Shown here in pieces: positions 18,575 to 40,380 of a stretch of 64,000 nucleotides of DNA. Every line of letters starts with the position of its first letter. Position 1 is the stretch's first letter. The stretch is from assembly GCF_009914755.1 (NCBI RefSeq), contig NC_060947.1; one strand, given 5' to 3'. The stretch comes from the human T2T-CHM13v2.0 reference genome, Homo sapiens. The notes beneath the pieces were generated by a model. It did no database searches and was not told the origin of the DNA. It saw nothing but the letters and a program-made list of their open reading frames with translations. A program made the position numbers and the translations under genes.

Positions 18575-19630
18575 GGTATCTATCTATGTGTCTGTCTGTC
18601 TGTCTATCTATCTGTCTGTCTGTCTGTCTATCCATCCATCCATCCATCTATCTATGTATCTATGTATCTGTGTACTAGCTATCTATCCATCCATCTATGT
18701 ATCTATGTATCTATCCATCCATCTATCCATCCATCCATCCATCTATGCATCTATCTATTTATCTATCATCTATCATCTTTCTGTTTTTCTATCATCTTTT
18801 TATCTATCATCTATCTATCCATCTATGTATCTATGTATGTATGTATCTATCTATCATCTATCATCCATCTGTCTATGTATCTATGTATCATGTATCATCT
18901 ATCTATCTAATCTATTATCTATCTATCTATCCATCATCTATATTCTATTGATTGCATATATTATCATCTATCATGTATGTATCTATCTATCCACCTATGT
19001 ATCATCAGTCTTTCTATAAATCATTCATCTGTCTATCTTCTATCTTCCATCTACCTGTCTATTATCTATGTATCTATAGAACCATCCATTCATCTACTAT
19101 CTATGTATCTATCCATTATCTATCTACCTATTTCTCGACCTATCTATTTCTCTATCATCTATTTATTCTCATCTATCATTTAACTATCGATCGATCTCAT
19201 CTATTATCTATCATCAGTCTATTAATCATCAATCTATCATCAATCTATCTATGTATCAATCTGTCATGTATCTATCATCAGTCTATCAATCATCCATCTA
19301 TCTATCTTCTATTTTCTATCTATCACCTATGTAACTATAGATCTATCCATTCGTCTATCTATCTACTATCTGTGTATCTATCTATCCATTATCTATCTGT
19401 CTATGTATCTATTTATCTATTCTCATCTATCATCTAACTTTTGATTGATCTCATCTATTATCTATCTATCATGAGTCTATTAATCATCAACCTATCATCA
19501 ATCTATGTGTCCATGTATCTGTCTGTCATGTATCTATCTATCTATCATCAGTCTATCATCTGTCTATCATCAGTCTATCAGCTATCTATCATCTATCTAC
19601 GTATTTATCATCTATCTATCTATCTGTGTA
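18575..19630. repeat. (TCTA/TCCA)n microsatellite block
   Basis: Degenerate tcta repeats with an internal ~255-bp duplication (19180 vs 19435). Confidence 0.95.
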
Positions 19631-20060
19631 TCCCGGCCACATTCCCTGGGCTGAATGTGATCCCTAATGCTTGCCTCTCTTGTTGCCCAGACATCTCCGT
19701 CAGATACCAGACGGGACCTTCTCCCTTTCTCTGCAACGGAAGCATCAGTTCTAAGCCAGGCCCCATCCATCCTGGCTGCTCAGAGGAACTGTGGTTAGAG
19801 AAAAGCTATCAAGCTTTTCTCTAACCACAGTTCCTCTGAGTGGTGTCTGCACAGAATGCAGGACAGAAACAGAAGGACAGGGGAAGTGGAGTGGGTGCTG
19901 TTGAGCAAGGACGCCTTAGTAAACATTTAGGGATGGGGTCAAATGAGGTGTGGAAATGGCAGTTCTGTTTCCCAATTCATGAGAACATATTTGAGAAAGA
20001 AAAAGGTGGGGCTAGAAGAAATATATGAGAGGATGCATGGTATCATTTAAGAGATGCTAT

Positions 20061-20124
20061 TTTTTTCCTTTTTTTTTTTTTTTTGAGACAGAGTCTCGCT
20101 CTGTTGCCCAGGCTGGAGTGCAGT
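20061..20124 (-). mobile_element. Severely 5'-truncated Alu (last ~40 nt plus tail)
   Basis: Poly-T then gagacagagtctcgctctgttgcccaggctggagtgcagt; TSD gagatgctat/gagatgttat. Confidence 0.85.
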
Positions 20125-20165
20125 AGGAGATGTTATCTCTTAAACATTTTAAAATACCTTCATGA

Positions 20166-21733
<1,568 letters not shown>

Positions 21734-21764
21734 AGTGTATTGTTTTAATTCTTATTTTGACTGA

Positions 21765-22134
<370 letters not shown>

Positions 22135-22565
22135 GAAAGGATCTTTTCAAAAATAGTAGACAATATATGAAGTGTCCAATTTCTCTACATCCTTCTCCTC
22201 CTCACCAACTCTTGTGATTTTCCATTTTTTAAGGAATCATAACTGCTTCCGGTGAATGCAAAATCACATATTTGCTACATAACGCCCATTTGTGGAGTAA
22301 GCAAGTCGACCTGAATTTCACACGCTGCTTTAAACTTTTCTTATGCAAATTTGCAAATCCAGAATCCGGGAGAAGATTATCTGGAAGCATTCCCATCAAC
22401 TGTTTTCCATGCACCTGTTTCTTTGAGGCTGTGATATTTTAAGGCAATAGTCCAGACATTACATCATTTAGCCTAAAATTACTTTAGGATGTAAATCTAA
22501 CAGATAATAACATGTTTTATTTCATAACCAGAACACTAATTATGAAGCCTTCATAATAACAGTAA

Positions 22566-22958
<393 letters not shown>

Positions 22959-23029
22959 TGAAACAAGGTCACCTTGTTATATTTACTGATTTTTCTCAAG
23001 TATCTCTTTAAAATGAGACCTGAGACAAA

Positions 23030-24180
23030 TGTATATAATTATATATATATTTATATTACTTTATAATATATAATTATATATTAATTATAATATATTATTC
23101 ATATATCATATATAAATATAATATATATATTATGTTATATAAATATATCATATGTATATTATGTTATATAAATATATCATATACATTATGTTATATAAAT
23201 ATATCATATACATTATGTTATATAAATATACAATATATACATTATGTTATATAAATATACAATATATACATTATGTTATATAAATATACAATATATACAT
23301 TATGTTATATAAATATATAATGTATATATTATGTTATATAAATATATAATGTATATATTATGTTATATAAATATATAATATATATTATGTTATATAAATA
23401 TATAATATATATATTAAGTTATATAAATATATAATATATATATTATGTTATATAAATATATAATATATATATTATGTTATATAAATATATAATATATATA
23501 TTATGTTATATAAATATATAATATATATTATGTTATATAAATATATAATATATATTTATATTATGTTATATAAATATATAATATATATAATGTTATATAA
23601 ATATATAATATATATATTATGTTATATAAATATATAATATATATATTATGTTATATAAATATATAATATATATTATGTTATATAAATATATAATATATAT
23701 TATGTTATATAAATATATAATATATATTATGTTATATAAATATATAATATATATATTATGTTATATAAATATATTATATATATTATGTTATATAAATATA
23801 TTATATATATTATGTTATATAAATATATTATATATATTATGTTATATAAATATATTATATATATTATGTTATATAAATATATAATATATATATTATGTTA
23901 TATAAATATGTATAAATTATATATTTAAATATATAATTTAAATAATATTAAACAATATTTAATATAACATATATTATATATCAATATATAATGTAATACT
24001 ATATAATAATTATTAATATTAACTAATTATTGATATTCATTAAGTATTAATAATACCATGATTGTTAATATAATATTCTATGTTATATAATAAATAATAT
24101 AAATATATATGATATATTAAGTATAATATAATTTTATAATAAATATGTTATATTGTTATATTATTTTATATATTTTTCTA
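23030..24180. repeat. AT-rich minisatellite (~27-29-bp unit) and low-complexity DNA
   Basis: Unit tatatattatgttatataaatatataata repeated over ~23125-23910. Confidence 0.95.
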
Positions 24181-24184
24181 TGTA

Positions 24185-24676
<492 letters not shown>

Positions 24677-25132
24677 TAATACAGTTTGATTAGATCAAGC
24701 CACACTTCACAACTCCATGCAGCCCCTATGCCTCCAGGCCTGAAGGAGTTAACGCTAATTCTTTTTATGTTGGAGATTACCATTTTATTACCAATGCTTT
24801 GTGAAAGTGCCATTATCATAAAATTGAAAACCGTCATCAAATTCTCTCCACGTGAAGAGGGGAGGCTTTTAGATGTGGGAGCGATTCTGACGACGCTGAA
24901 GGGTAGCAATTACCCTGTGACCATCCTCTGCGTGGAGGATTAAAAATAATCATTAAAGTAATGAGGCGTGAGTGGGATTTAAGGAACTCTCGCCGTAGTT
25001 AATTTGTTTTTGTAGTGAATTATTTAAATCTTCTTCCCGGGCCCCCATGCCTCCCATTTTTGTTTGGAAAAGAGACGTGCATTAACGGTTCTTAGAAGTG
25101 TACGTGGGGTGAAGCTGGTAATTAATAATATG

Positions 25133-26153
<1,021 letters not shown>

Positions 26154-26686
26154 TCATGTCCTGATGAGAGGTTTCACTCCCTCAGGGATCTTCCCCTCCC
26201 CATGAGCCCTCCGGGGCCCCTAAGAGCAAAATGTTGACAAGCGCGTCTTAGGACCTCCACCCTGTTGAAATGGACTTTCACTTTTATACTAAGTGCCTCA
26301 GCATGGAGGTTTTCTTTCAACGCAGCAATCCCACTGAAAGAGCTGGGAGAAGGTTGAACTGAGGGAGCTAGGAGAAAACCCACCTCAAATAACCAGTGGG
26401 GTGTGGGGGTGCAGTATCTTTAAGCGTTCCTCTCTGCTGGTTTCGTAGCTGATTAAACCGAGGGAAAAATCCATGCATTCTGGTCTAGAAGGACAGGAGG
26501 CAGCTTGCGTGTCCACCTGTTAGAGGCCGGGAAATCAAGCCCCAGAGACTTGGGGGTGATAGAAATAGAATCTACGAGCTTCAACGGCCTCATCCAGAAA
26601 CTGTGAGTTAAAGGCAGGGTTGAGAGAGAAATTCCTTGGCATCCAGCATGATTTAAGTTATTTCTGTGGGTTCCACAGTATTTCTA

Positions 26687-27060
<374 letters not shown>

Positions 27061-27136
27061 TTATTTAACTTCCTTCAGTGGATTTGACTGTATTTATAAG
27101 TGGCACTGGTCATATAAAAGGCACTAATCAGCCGGG

Positions 27137-27351
27137 CGCCTCCCGTGTCCAAGTGATTTTCCTGCCTCAGCCTCCTGAGTAGCTGGGATTACAGGCACCC
27201 GCCACCATGCCCGGCTAATTTGTGTATTTTTAGTAGATACGGGGTTTCATCATGTTGGCCAGGCTGGTCTCGAACTCCTGACCTCAGGTGATCCACCCGC
27301 CTCAGCCTCCCAAAGTGCTGGGATTACAAGCGTGAGCCACTGCGCCCGGCC
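27137..27351 (-). mobile_element. Alu fragment lacking its 3' end
   Basis: Starts at cgcctcccg and ends at gcgcccggcc. Confidence 0.9.
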
Positions 27352-27460
27352 TCTGTGTAATTTCTTATATCAAGTGAAATCTAAAAGCCCATCTGATGGG
27401 AGGGTGGTGGCTGTTGAAAGGATCCTAGATTCTGCATTTCTTCTGGGCTTGCAACGTTGA

Positions 27461-28420
<960 letters not shown>

Positions 28421-28712
28421 TCATTTGCAGACGGTTCCATTGTTGTGTCGGGGTTCAGTGGGTGCTGGGAGTCGCTGGGGCAAAAGGAAGACTTTTCTCA
28501 AAGACTCAGCAGGAAAATGACTTTCATTTCACTGAAGTCAGCCCCGTAGCTAAGGCTGCAGACAAATCAGGAGCAACTATAGCTGAGAACCCTCTTTGTG
28601 AACGTGAGCCCCAATCTGCCCGTCACGGGGTGACATCACCACCAACCGTGACACCGTCAGTGTCCAAACAAGAGCGAAAGGACATTCGCAGTGCAGAAGT
28701 AAAAGATGATGC

Positions 28713-28848
28713 TGGCCAGGTGCGGTGCCTCGTGCCTGTGATTGAAACACTTTGGGAATTCGAGGCTGGAGAGGATTGCTTGAAGCCAGGAGTTCGAGAC
28801 CAGCCTGGGCAACATGGGAAGACCCCCATCTCTGCACACACACACACG

Positions 28849-28888
<40 letters not shown>

Positions 28889-28965
28889 AGCCCAGGAGGT
28901 GGAGTCTGCTGTGAGCCGTGATCGTGCCACTGCACTCCAGACTGGACAGCAGAGTGAGACCCCAT
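28713..28965 (+). mobile_element. AluJ-like element with (CA)n replacing the linker region
   Basis: Left arm, (ca)n at 28835-28885, then cttgagcccaggagg right-arm remainder. Confidence 0.85.
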
Positions 28966-28969
28966 ATGA

Positions 28970-29655
28970 GGTGGGAGAAGGGACCTTCCCTGAGGAACCT
29001 GCACCCTCTCCCAACCCCAGGATGGAAATCAAGGAAAATCATGAGTTCTTTCCAGGAAAATTCCAGGCACCTCGCTACAGTAGCTTAAAACAATAGTCAG
29101 CCCGGCACGGTGGCTCACGCCTGTCATCCCAGCACTTTGGGAGGCCGAGGCAGGTGGATCCCCTGAGGTCGGGAGTTCAAGACCAGCCTGACCAACGTGG
29201 AGAAACCCCGTCTCTACTAAAAATACAAAAATTAGCCGGGCGTGGAGGCGGACTCCTGCAGTCCTAGCTACTCGGGAGGCTGAGGCAGGAGAACTTCCTG
29301 AGGGACCTGCAGAAAGTCACACCGACAAGCTACGGCTGACATTTTTTTCTGCTGACCCCAAATTTTTACAGAACCCTTCGCCTCCTTAGCCAGTTGCAAA
29401 TCAGGGAAGTTTGGACTTCACCTATGACCTGTAAGCTTTGAGATGTCCCAGCTTTTTATAGCAAACCAATGTTACTTATGCCTCCTCTGCCTTGAAAATC
29501 CCATACGTGGGGGCCCCTGGGGAGGTCAGGAGTAAAGCATGGGGTGCCCGATCCTCTTGCCAAAGAAAACACCCTCCTTTCTCTCACGGCAAATCCCAAT
29601 GTGGATGTTGGGCTTTGCTGTGTCCGGTGGGAGGACCCAAGAAAGTTCTGGAACA
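28970..29655 (+). mobile_element. ERV1-class LTR (MER34/MER39-like) interrupted by a partial Alu at 29098-29293
   Basis: ttgcaaatcag..cacctatgacctgtaagc..gagatgtccc..aaaccaatgt and terminal ggacccaag..ctggaaca resemble recalled MER4-group LTRs. Confidence 0.5.
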
Positions 29656-29694
29656 GAAACAGGGCTTTGAGGAGGTACCTCAAAGCTAAACAAG

Positions 29695-31845
29695 ATAATG
29701 AGGGTGGGTGTCCCAATGGAAAAAGGTTGGTGACCTCCTAAGAAAGAGGAAGAAATCTCTCTCTGTCTCTCCTCTCTTGATACCTCTCCATCTCTCTTCT
29801 CATCTCCTCTCTCTCTCTTTTTCTCTTTCTCAGCACCTCTCTGTCTCTGTCTCTCCTCTCCTCTCTTCTCCTCTTTCTCTCTCTCTCTCTTTTCTCTTTC
29901 GATATCTCTCCATCTCTCTTCTCATCTCCTCTCTCTCTCTCTTTTTCTCTTTCTCAGCACCTCTCTGTCTCTGTCTCTCCTCTCCTCTCTTCTCCTCTTT
30001 CTCTCTCTCTCTCTTTTCTCTTTCGATATCTCTCCATCTCTCTTCTCATCTCCTCTCTCTCTCTTTTTCTCTTTCTCAGCACCTCTCTGTCTCTGTCTCT
30101 CCTCTCCTCTCTTCTCCTCTTTCTCTCTCTCTCTCTTTTCTCTTTCGATATCTCTCCATCTCTCTTCTCATCTCCTCTCTCTTTTTCTCTTTCTCTCTTT
30201 CTTGGTACCTCTCTCTCCCCCTCTCTGTCTCTCCTCTCCACTCTTCTCCTCTCCCTCTGTCTCTCTGTCTGTCTCTCTATTTCTGCTTATTTTCTCCTCT
30301 CTCTCGATACCATGCTCTCTCTCTCCTCTTCTTTTCTCCTCCCTCTCTCTCTTTCTCCTTATTTTCTCCTCTCTCTGTCATTCTTGGTATCTCTCTTTCT
30401 GTCTCTCTCTCCTCACCTCTCTTCTCCTTTCTCTGTTTTCTCCTCTGTCTCTTTCTCAGTACCTTCCTCTCTCTCCTCTCTTCTCCTCTGTCTCTTTCTC
30501 TCCCTCTGCTTTTTGGTACCCCTTCCCCTCTTGTCTCCTCTTTTCTCTCTCTGTCTCTCTCTCTTACTCTGTATTTTCTCCTCTCTCTCTGTCTCTCTTT
30601 CTTGGTCTCTCTCTCTCCTCTCTACTCTCTCTCTCTCTGTCTCTTTATTTTCTCCTCTGTCTCTCTTTCTCGGTACTTCTCTCTCGTCTCCTCTCTTCTC
30701 CTCTCTCTGTTTATTTCTCTCCTCCTCCTTCTCGGTACCCCCCTCCTCCTCTCTTCTCTTCTCTCTCTGTCTGTCTGTCCGTCTCTCTTTCTCTTTATTT
30801 TCTCCTCTCTCCCTCTCTTTCTCGGTACCTGTCTCTCTCTGTGTCTCCTCTCGTCTCTTCTCCTCTTTGTTTCTCTCTCTCTCTCTTTCTCGGTACCTCT
30901 CTCCCTCTATCTCCTCTCCTCTCTTCTCTCTCTCTCCCTCTCTCTCTTTCTCTGTATTTTCTCCTCTATCGCTTTCTCAGTACCTCTCTCTTTCCCCTCT
31001 CCTCTCTCTTTCTTTCTCTCTGTCTTTCTCTTTCTCTGTACCCACCTTTCTCTCTCCTCTCCTCTCTTCTTCTTTCTCTCTCTCTCTTTCTCTGTGTGCA
31101 GGAGTTCTTTCTCTCTGTCTCACTCACTCTCTCTCTTTCTCTGTATTTTCTCCTCTATCTCTCAGTACCTCTCTCTTTCCCCTCTCCTCTCTCCTTCTTT
31201 CTGTCTTTCTCTTTCTCTGTACCCACCTTTCTCTCTCCTCTCCTCTCTTCTTTCTCTCTCTCTCTTTCTCTGTGTGCAGTTCTTTCTCTCTGTCTCACTC
31301 GCTCTCTCTCTTTCTCTGTATTTTCTCCTCTATCTCTCAGTACCTCTCTCTTTCTCCTCCCCTCTCTTCTTCTTTCTCTCTGTCTTTCTCTTTCTCTGTA
31401 CCCCCTTCTCTCTCTCCTCTCCTCTCTTCTTCTCTCTCTCTCTCTTTCTCTGTATTTTCTCCTCTATCTCTTTCTCAGTACCTCTCTCTTTCCCCCTCCT
31501 CTCTCTTTCTTTCTTTCTGTCTTTCTCTTTCTCTGTACCCCCCTTCCTCTCTCTCTCTCTCTCTGTCTCTCTCTTCCTCTCTCTCTCTCTCTCTCCCTCC
31601 CTCTCTCTCTCTCCCTCCCTCTCTCTGTCTGCAGAAGCATACATCAGGGAAATGCCCTGTGAGGACAGAGAGGGAAGGCAGCTGTCTGCACCCTGGAAGG
31701 GGCAAGGGAACCCTCTCCAAAACCCACCCATGCCAGCGACTCCCCGATTCTGGACTTGCAGCTTCTAGAGCTGTGAGAAAATAAAGGTCTCTTTTGCAGG
31801 CTGCACATTCTGAGCTGTTTTGCAATAACCAGCCCGAGCTGACGA
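29695..31845 (+). mobile_element. MaLR LTR (MST/MLT1A-like) split by a ~1.9-kb CT expansion
   Basis: 5' part gggtgggtgtcccaatgg..cctaagaaagaggaaga; 3' part gccctgtgaggacaga..ctggacttgcagcttctagagctgtgagaaaataaa..gcccgagctgac. Confidence 0.7.
29755..31630. repeat. Polypyrimidine (CT-rich) tract with higher-order units
   Basis: cagcacct recurs at 29831, 29955 and 30077 (~123 bp); ~180-bp unit near 31091/31269. Confidence 0.95.
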
Positions 31846-32251
31846 ACTGCGCTGTGTAGGCTCAGGTAGATAAGGATCCACCCAACATTCCCTCCTAGCT
31901 CAGGACAAAACTGGCAAGCGCCTCATGTTGTCGACCCATCCCCACGGCCCTGGAAGGTCCCGAAGCTGTCAGGAAAAGCTCATTTCTGTAAAAGCGTCTT
32001 CACTCCTTTTAGAGGAAGCTGCTGACAGACTTTGCAGTGGTGCCCGATGTGACAAGCTGGGTCCAAAGAGCTCGGCGTTCAGGGCCAGGCTTAATGGGGA
32101 ACATGTCTCGGCCAGTGTTTCTACTTAATTAGGCCTTTTTCGTACCGATTGGACTATTTTTTATGACGGTCCAGTCCAACTGCCCCCAAACATGATAAAC
32201 TGATTACGTGTGCTCTGTTGCAAGAGTTTTTAATAAATATGAACCATCTGA

Positions 32252-32610
<359 letters not shown>

Positions 32611-32895
32611 CCAAACTTGTTTCTTTATTCCGTCTCAGTATTTAGGAAACATCCTTTAAGCCATGGAGCGATTTGAGATCAAAACAGAGCCCCTCCTTTT
32701 GAGACGAAGGATCTGGGCGTCAAGAAGGGTCTGTAGCTTCTCCATGGGACCCTGTGGAGCTTGGAGGGCTCTGTCAAAGCTCTCACTGCAGAGAGCACAG
32801 GGTGTTCACTGGTGTGTGAGGCTTAGGGCCTTTGCAGGTTTAGAGAGTCTCAGGCGGCCTAAGTCATATTCATTCACTCACAGAGTCAGCAGCTC

Positions 32896-33578
32896 CGGCC
32901 ACCCACTGGCATGGGTGGCTTTTATCAAGGGCTTCCTTCCTCCTTCCAGGGTGGAGACAGCCGCCTTCTCGCTCTATCCTCTCAGGGCCTTTCCCAGGTG
33001 TGTATGCTCCTGCAGAGAGAGAGAGAGAGAGAGACAGAAAGAAAGAAGAAGAGAGGAGAAGAGAGAGAGAGGGTGTACAGAGAAAGAGAAACAAAGAGAG
33101 AGATGAGGGGGAAAGAGAGACAGAGAGAGAAAGAAACAGAAAGAGGAGACGACATGAGAGGAGAGAGAGACAAAGAGAGAGAGAAAGAGAAAGGTACCGA
33201 GAAAGAGAGGGAAGTAGGAGAAAAGGAAGAGAAAGAGACAGACAGAGAGAAAGAAGAAGAGAGGAGGGGGGGGGGGTGTACAGAGAAACAGAGAGAGAGA
33301 CAGAAAGAGAGAGAGGAGAGAGGAAAGAGAGAGGTACTGAGAGAGAGAGAGAGGAGAACATACAGAGAGTGAGAGAGACAGAGAGAGAGGAGAGAGGAGA
33401 GGGGATAGAAGGAGAGAGGTACTGAGAAAGCAAGAGAGAGAGAGAGAAGAAGAGATGAGAGGAGAGAGAGGAGGGTGTACAGAAAAAGAGAGAGAGAGAA
33501 AGAGAGGAGAGGGGAAAGAGAGAGGTACTGAGAAAGAGTGAGAGAAGGAAATAAAGAGAAGGAGAGAGAGATAAAGAA
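32896..33578 (-). other. Inverted copy of the neighbouring CT-tract/MaLR junction, bounded by a 16-bp direct repeat
   Basis: Reverse complement of 32905-33015 aligns to 31625-31737; acagagtcagc(a/g)gctc at 32880-32895 and 33579-33594. Confidence 0.85.
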
Positions 33579-33812
33579 ACAGAGTCAGCGGCTCTTCATT
33601 TGCTGGTCCACACACACAAGCCCACCAGGATAGACAGTGAAGCAGCTGAACTGTAGAGAGAAGAGAGGGTAGAAGGCATTTGCAGCAAGACACACGGGAA
33701 AGGATGACCCAAAACCGTGATGCGAGTTTGAGAGTCAGACTCGATATACCAGCATTATTACCCGATAAAGGCCAAACAGGGATTCTAGGAGGGCCTTGAT
33801 ATTTTTGTCTTA

Positions 33813-36015
<2,203 letters not shown>

Positions 36016-37054
36016 GGTAGAAACGGGTGAGGTAGTGTGAGTGCCTCACTCAAGTGAAGGTGCCCTGTCCACAGCAGGGTAGGAAGAGGCTGTGGGCATC
36101 ACAGACCACAGACCGGGTGTGAGATCTGGCAGCCAAGGACTTCAAGGCAGATACAACCAGCTTTATGCGGTATCTGCCAATGGGAAGGGGTAGGATGAGG
36201 CAAGGTCGCCACCCGGAACAGAGACCCACGTCCACAAAACAGGGGCAAAATTGGGAAAAGCCGGCAGTGACGCGATTGAAAGCCACGTTCTTATTGCACT
36301 GGCAGATATGATTTAAATAGGGGTGCGATGAGAATACGTTCAAAGGAATCATTTTATTTAGGAGTAGGATGTGAGGGAGGACTCTTGGGCATTTGGATGT
36401 CGAGAGACAGAGAGAAAGAAATATTTTCAGGGGACATTTTGAAAGGAGACTTATTAATAATTCAAGGGGCAAAGGCGTTCCAAGCTGTACCTGGAAAGTA
36501 TTTTAAGCCAAACTACAGCCTACACTAAAGAACGGTTTCCAGCCTGTTATCTGACTTGCTACCAAAAATACATTTAAAGTAGAAATTTGGAGGCTGCTCC
36601 TCTTGAAATGCGGTGCAAATGATGCCCCCAATTTTTATATTAGACGCAGAGAGAGACACTTATGAGGCAGTCTCGCCAACATAAGATATTAGAGAAAAAA
36701 TTGGAAAGAGCAGTGTAGGATATTTCCCTCAACAAGGTTGCAAGCAAAGATGGATGTATTTGCAAATAAGAAATTTATGAAATACTGTTGCAAAGCTCAT
36801 GTTTGCAAGGCGTCTCCACCCACAACGGGGTCTCGAGACAAAGAGAGTAGGTCTCAGCACCAAGCCCTCTGCTCATGTTGTTTGGAACGGCGCCATTGGT
36901 TTTCTTTGTGTTTCTGTTTTGTATTATAGTGTACGATGGCTCCCTGGCCTCTCTGGGTCTCTCAGGGAACCAAGCGTCCACTGTGCCCAAGAAGGAAAAA
37001 GGAAAAAAGTGGACTGGACCTTCTCTGTCCTCTCTAGACCTCTGGATAACAGGT

Positions 37055-37610
37055 GTCCCTCAAGGGTCCCAAGGGGTGAGCAAAGTCAGTGTTTTCCAAT
37101 CTTCAAACCAGAGCAGATACCATGGATTCCTCAAAGGCCCCAAGGGGTGAGCAAAGTCAATGTTTTCTGCTCTTCAAACCAGGCCGGATTCCACGAGTCC
37201 CTCAAGGGTCCCAAAGGGTGAGCAAAGTCAACATTTCACAATCTTCAAACCAGACCAGATACCACGGGTCCCTCAAGGATCTCAAAGGGTGAGCAAAGTC
37301 AATGTTTTCCAATCTTCAAACCAGGCCGGATATCACGGGTCCCTCAACGGTCCCAAGGGGTGAGCAAAGTCGATGTTTTCCAACCTTCAAACCAGACCAG
37401 ATGCCATGGATCCCTCAAGGGTCCCAAGGGGTGAGCAAAGTCAATGTTTTCTGCTCTTCAAACCAGGCCAAATACCACGAGTCCCTCAAGGATCCCAAGG
37501 GGTGAGCAAAGTCCATGTTTCACAATCTTCAAACCAGACCAGATACCATGGGTCCCTCAAGGGTCCCAAGGACTGAGCATAGTCAATGTTTTCCAATCTT
37601 CAAGCCAGAA
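37055..37610. repeat. 71-bp minisatellite, ~8 copies
   Basis: gtgagcaaagtc at 37076, 37147, 37218, 37289, 37360, 37431 and 37502, with a variant at 37573. Confidence 0.97.
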
Positions 37611-38002
37611 GATGCCACCATATTGATTGGCCAATTGTCTTGGACTCAGCAAAGCATCTTCCTTAATAACCTTTCCCTCTCTACATCTAAAACAAAGGAA
37701 TCCATGGCCTTCAACCACAGACCCTCCTTCCCCAGAGTGACCTCTCTACACTGGAGTGTCTATCTTGGTGTCCAGCCTAGAGATAATGGTCCTGTGGGAA
37801 TTTAGCTGAAATCTCATAGCAAGAAGAGTGAATGTGGAGACCTTGGTCCCTTCCTGATTCTTCCAAGAAAATGGCAGATGGGTGAGGCTTCCAAGAGGAA
37901 GAACTGACCTCATCCATCTACCCTTTTCTCCTTCAAGATGAACACGCTCAAGCAATGGTGGTCTGGAATGTCTTGGGATTGTTTTGTTGGAAGGAGCATT
38001 AG

Positions 38003-38424
<422 letters not shown>

Positions 38425-38496
38425 GAGACTTTTCTTAGTTTTGTAAGGTTTTAAATAGACTGACAGGTACAGAGAGCAATGGGGCAGAGACAGTAG

Positions 38497-38834
<338 letters not shown>

Positions 38835-38983
38835 AGGTTCATTCTCTTTTAAGAGACAGAAACACAGCTGAGGTTCTCCCTGGAAACCTCCTGGTCACTA
38901 CAGACCCTCCTTCCCCAGAGCAACTTCTCTGTATTGGAGTGTTTTTCCTGCACCTCTGTTCTTAACACTTTCAAGGCTGAAAG

Positions 38984-39307
38984 TCCTGGGCTCAAGTGAT
39001 CCTCCCGCCTCAGCCTCCCAAGGAGCTGAGACTACAGGCATGCACAACAATGCCTGCCTGGTTAATTTTTTTATTTTTGTAGAGATGGGATCTTGCTCTG
39101 TTTTCCAGGCTGGAGTGCAGTGGTATGATCAGGGCTCACTGCAGCCTCCACCTCCTGGGCTCAAGCGATCCTCCTCCCTCAGCCTCCCAAGGAGCTGAGA
39201 CTAGAACCATGCACCACCAAGCCCAGCTAGTTTTTAGATTTTTTTGTAGAGAAGGGGTCTTGCTATGTTGTCCAGGCTGGTCCCAAACTCCTGGGCTCAA
39301 GTGATCT
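38984..39307 (-). mobile_element. AluJ-like rearranged element (duplicated right-arm segment)
   Basis: ctcagcctcccaaggagctgagacta occurs twice (39009 and 39178). Confidence 0.82.
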
Positions 39308-39410
39308 TTATTTTAATCCTTATTTTTACTTATTATTAAGTCCAATGTGTCTGGCACTATACCCTAGAAAGGATCCTTTCCAAAATAGTGGAATTAATAT
39401 CTCAGAACAC

Positions 39411-39432
39411 GTGCTTGCTTCGGCAGCACATA
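39411..39432 (+). pseudogene. 3'-truncated U6 snRNA retro-fragment
   Basis: gtgcttgcttcggcagcacata matches U6 nt 1-22 with one CpG transition; perfect 18-bp TSD attaatatctcagaacac at 39393-39410 and 39439-39456. Confidence 0.88.
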
Positions 39433-39484
39433 AGCTATATTAATATCTCAGAACACATTGCCTAGTAAAATAGAAGTAAAATAG

Positions 39485-40066
<582 letters not shown>

Positions 40067-40079
40067 TAAAACAAGCCTA

Positions 40080-40380
<301 letters not shown>

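Noticed and set aside
29708-31784. 486-686-aa Leu/Ser/Phe ORFs
   Set aside because: A CT-rich tract rarely contains stop codons; low-complexity artefact.
33550-33555. AATAAA as the polyadenylation signal of the inverted insert
   Set aside because: The same tttatt occurs in the source CT tract and no poly-A tail follows, so it does not prove an mRNA intermediate.
39411-39432. Functional U6 gene
   Set aside because: Only 22 nt, flanked by a TSD, with no recognisable U6 promoter context.
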